Under the pieces are notes generated by a model. The model searched no databases. It had not been told where the DNA came from and saw only the letters and a program-made list of their open reading frames with translations. A stretch of DNA of 63,243 bases, counting the filler, from Chiloscyllium plagiosum (taxonomy: Eukaryota), in the NCBI RefSeq assembly GCF_004010195.1. It is 4 parts of 2 records of this genome, joined end to end, with 100 filler letters (N's around TTAATTAATTAA, not from the genome) between each part and the next. Parts side by side here need not be neighbours in the genome. Positions count along the whole stretch, not along the records: positions 59,995 to 63,243 come from NC_057712.1; 3 more parts are not named here. One strand, written 5' to 3'. A program made the translations under genes and the position numbers. Below, piece after piece: positions 60,775 to 63,243 of this stretch (the first letter of the stretch is position 1; each line of letters starts with the position of its first letter).

Positions 60775-61550
60775 TAGAGCAGTACAGCACAGGAATGGAC
60801 CCTTCGGCCCACAATGTTGTGCTGAACATTATGCCAAATTAAAGCAATCCCTTCTGCCTGCCCTTAGTTCATATCTCTCCATTCCTTGCATATCCATGTG
60901 CTTATCTGAAAATCCCTAAATGCCCCTGTCGATCTGCCTCCACCACCAAGCTCTGGCAGCATGTTCCAGACTCCTAGCCTCTATTAAAAAACATGACCCT
61001 CACATCTCCTTTGAACTTTCCTCCTCTCACCTGGTATTAGACATTTCAATTCTGGGAAAACTATTCTGATCATCAACCGTATGTATGTATCTCATAATTT
61101 TATAAACTTATGTCAAGTCTCCCCTCAACCTCAGCCACTCCAAAGAAAACAAACTAAGTTTTTCTAGCCTCCCTTATAACTCATACCCTCTAACCCAGGC
61201 AGTATCCTGCTGAGTTTCTTCTGTAACCTCTCCAAAGCCTCCACGTCCTTCCTGTAATGTGGGACCAGAATTGAACACAATACTGTGTGGCCTAACCAAA
61301 GTCTAACCAAAGTCTTATAAAGCTGCACCAAACACCCTGACTGTTGTACTTGATTCCTGACCAATAAAAGGCAAACACGTCATACGCTACCTTCACCCTC
61401 TCTACTTGGTTAATCACTTTCAGGGAGCTATGGACTTTGAACCCCAAGATTCCTCTGTACATCAATGCTGTTCAGGATCCTGCCATTAACTGTATACTGT
61501 TCCTTAATGTTTGATCTCCCAAAGTACAACACCTCACATTTACCCAGGTT
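60775..61550 (-). mobile_element. Older CR1 LINE 3' part
   Basis: ORF 61164..61364 QLYKTLVR...YRKDVEALERLQKK; tail near 60780. Confidence 0.75.
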
Positions 61551-61849
61551 AAAGGTTAATGGGCAGATAAGATTCTACCTGCCCATTATTCCTGCTTTGT
61601 ATGCTGCTGCATTGTTGGTTTTCTAAGTAGGCCAATAATTGCCTTTAGTTAACAGTCTCCATGGCAAACATTTTCAGATGTTTTCTGGGACTGTACGTGA
61701 GTTACATTCATTAGACAGGAAGCTGTTGCCAAGTGAGACTGTGCAAATTACATTCCTGAATTAAAAAATTCTTATGCCACTGCACACATTTAGAAGGTAG
61801 AGACATGGTTATAGGAGATTTTCTTTTTTAAAAGAAGGTATAATCCAGG

Positions 61850-61945
61850 AGCCCTTTCCTGAAGAAGGGTTCATGTCCGAAACGTCGATCCTCCTGCTCC
61901 TTGGATGCTGCCTGACCTGCTGCGCTTTTCCAGCAACACATTTTC
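61850..61945 (+). mobile_element. One-armed PLE mini-element, 14-bp TSD
   Basis: TSD AGGTATAATCCAGG at 61836-61849 and 61946-61959; hammerhead core CUGAAGA...GAAACGUC at 61859-61886. Confidence 0.85.
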
Positions 61946-62592
61946 AGGTATAATCCAGGCCAAGCTTTTGAGCAAAGGCAAAAGCTGATTGGGAAGGAGG
62001 CCTTTGATTAAGCCACAGCCATGAAAATGACAGAAGGAGAGAGTTGCATATTGCAAGAGTTATTTTCCTGAGCTAGAAGGGAAGTTCCCATTGGCTTTCA
62101 AGAAGATCCAGGCTTGGCAACCAAGTTCATGGACAGCGTATCGTTAACACATCAGGTACTAACCTTTCCCTATTTTCAGCCATAGGGCATTGCCTGTGGA
62201 AGGTCAGTCAGGTCTAGGAGAAGAGGAAACAAGAATGTTCAAGGTCCAGGTTGTGACCATGAACTGATAGAGGTTGGGGTAGATCTGTGGCTAGTTTGGG
62301 AGTGTGGAAGCTGTTGAATACACGTGATAGTTGTTGAAACCAAGAGAGAGGTTATTGATCAGGAATGTCAAGAGTTGTACTCGGTCAGAGAAGAAAGAAA
62401 AACAGAAAAAGGTTAGAGTAATGGAGCTGCAGATTCCACAGTGGAATTGAAAATCAGGGACTCAACTGACTTTTATTGTTCATACCGCCTGTGCTTGGAC
62501 ACCCAGCGATAACAGATCAAGAAGTCACAGATTCATTTTCCTTGAAGCAAATTGGTGTGAAACTGTTAGTCAAGTAACAGCATGTTAGCAGT

Positions 62593-62776
62593 AAAAACAG
62601 AGTCCTAGTGAAACTCAGCAGGTCTGGCAGTATCTGTGGTGAAAGAAACAGTTCTATTGGACTTAAAGCATTGACCTAGTTTCTTTCTCCTTGGATGCTG
62701 CCAGACCCTTTGAGTTTCTCCAGCACTTTGTTTTTTGTTTCAGTTGTCCAGCATCCTCAGACTTTGGCTTTATTCT
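62593..62776. mobile_element. Old fold-back PLE mini-element (family D)
   Basis: GAAACTCAGCAGGTCTGGCAG...AAAGAAAC inverted as GTTTCTTT...CTGCCAGACCCTTTGAGTTTC. Confidence 0.6.
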
Positions 62777-62949
62777 AACAGTATTTCAGTGGCAGACTAA
62801 CTTAATGTTCAGGTCAAAAATGATGCATTCTATCATTCGTCATTGGGAATGACAGGAGGGAGTAAAGTCCCCTCGGTGGGAAGGAATTGGCTTAATGCTA
62901 TTTACATCATGGATCAATAAGAGTATATCTCTGATATTGAAGAGATGGA

Positions 62950-63150
62950 TTTTGCAGTGGTGTTACTGGGTTAGTAATCCAGAAATCCAGGCAAAGGCAC
63001 TGAGGTCTTGGGTTCAAATCCACTGCTGCCAGTGGGAACTCAATGACTACATCTGGCGTGAAAATCTATTCTAATAGTGACTGCAAAACCACTGCCAATT
63101 GTTGTAAAACCTATCGAGTTCACTAATGTTGTTAGGGATGAAAATCTGCT
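62950..63150 (+). mobile_element. tRNA-derived SINE family 2, old copy
   Basis: GGGTTCAAATCC B box; GTTCACTAATGT..TAGGGA..AAATCTG core. Confidence 0.55.
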
Positions 63151-63243
63151 GAGGCCAAATGCCAGCTCGCAGACACCTCCTCCTACTGCCCCCTTGACCA
63201 TGACCCCACTCCCCACCACCAAACCATCATCTCCCAGACCATC

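Larger units (their letters stand above)
61700..62920 (+). mobile_element. Decayed Gypsy-type gag/protease remnant
   Basis: Frameshifted PSETV/NYIPELK, IQAKLLSKG, EAFD*ATAMKM, and later GRNWLNAI (like the protease-end LGRDWL motif). Confidence 0.4.

Noticed and set aside
397..63222. Remaining ORF-track entries as host genes
   Set aside because: They are short and either antisense or alternative frames of repeats, or lack recognisable domains and splice context. Small host exons cannot be excluded by eye.

Overview
Eukaryotic, repeat-dense, apparently non-genic (intronic or intergenic) DNA, almost certainly from a cartilaginous fish (shark/ray), judged from HE1-like tRNA-derived V-SINEs and HER1-like CR1 LINEs. 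I recognise no host protein-coding exon; every recognisable ORF is a transposon fragment. Contents: many truncated CR1-clade LINEs (several tail types, plus endonuclease, RT and ORF1 pieces), a second CR1/L2-group LINE family, about 9 HE1-like SINEs, a second tRNA-SINE, a Tx1-like LINE 3' end, solo-LTR-like repeats, Tigger-like MITEs, a decayed Gypsy gag/protease piece, a TC tract and three 100-bp scaffold gaps with a TTAATTAATTAA spacer. The main signal is a dense set of Penelope-like elements (PLEs) from at least four families whose termini carry minimal type I hammerhead ribozyme motifs with covarying stems. Many copies are 60-250 bp, TSD-flanked insertions: fold-back hairpins with a ribozyme on each strand, solo tails whose 5' junction lies in the ribozyme core, and one insert starting at the predicted cleavage site inside a 66-bp duplication. 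PLE hammerheads are established in general; the junction patterns seen here are the part worth testing. All calls are by eye, without database searches; boundaries of old elements are approximate.
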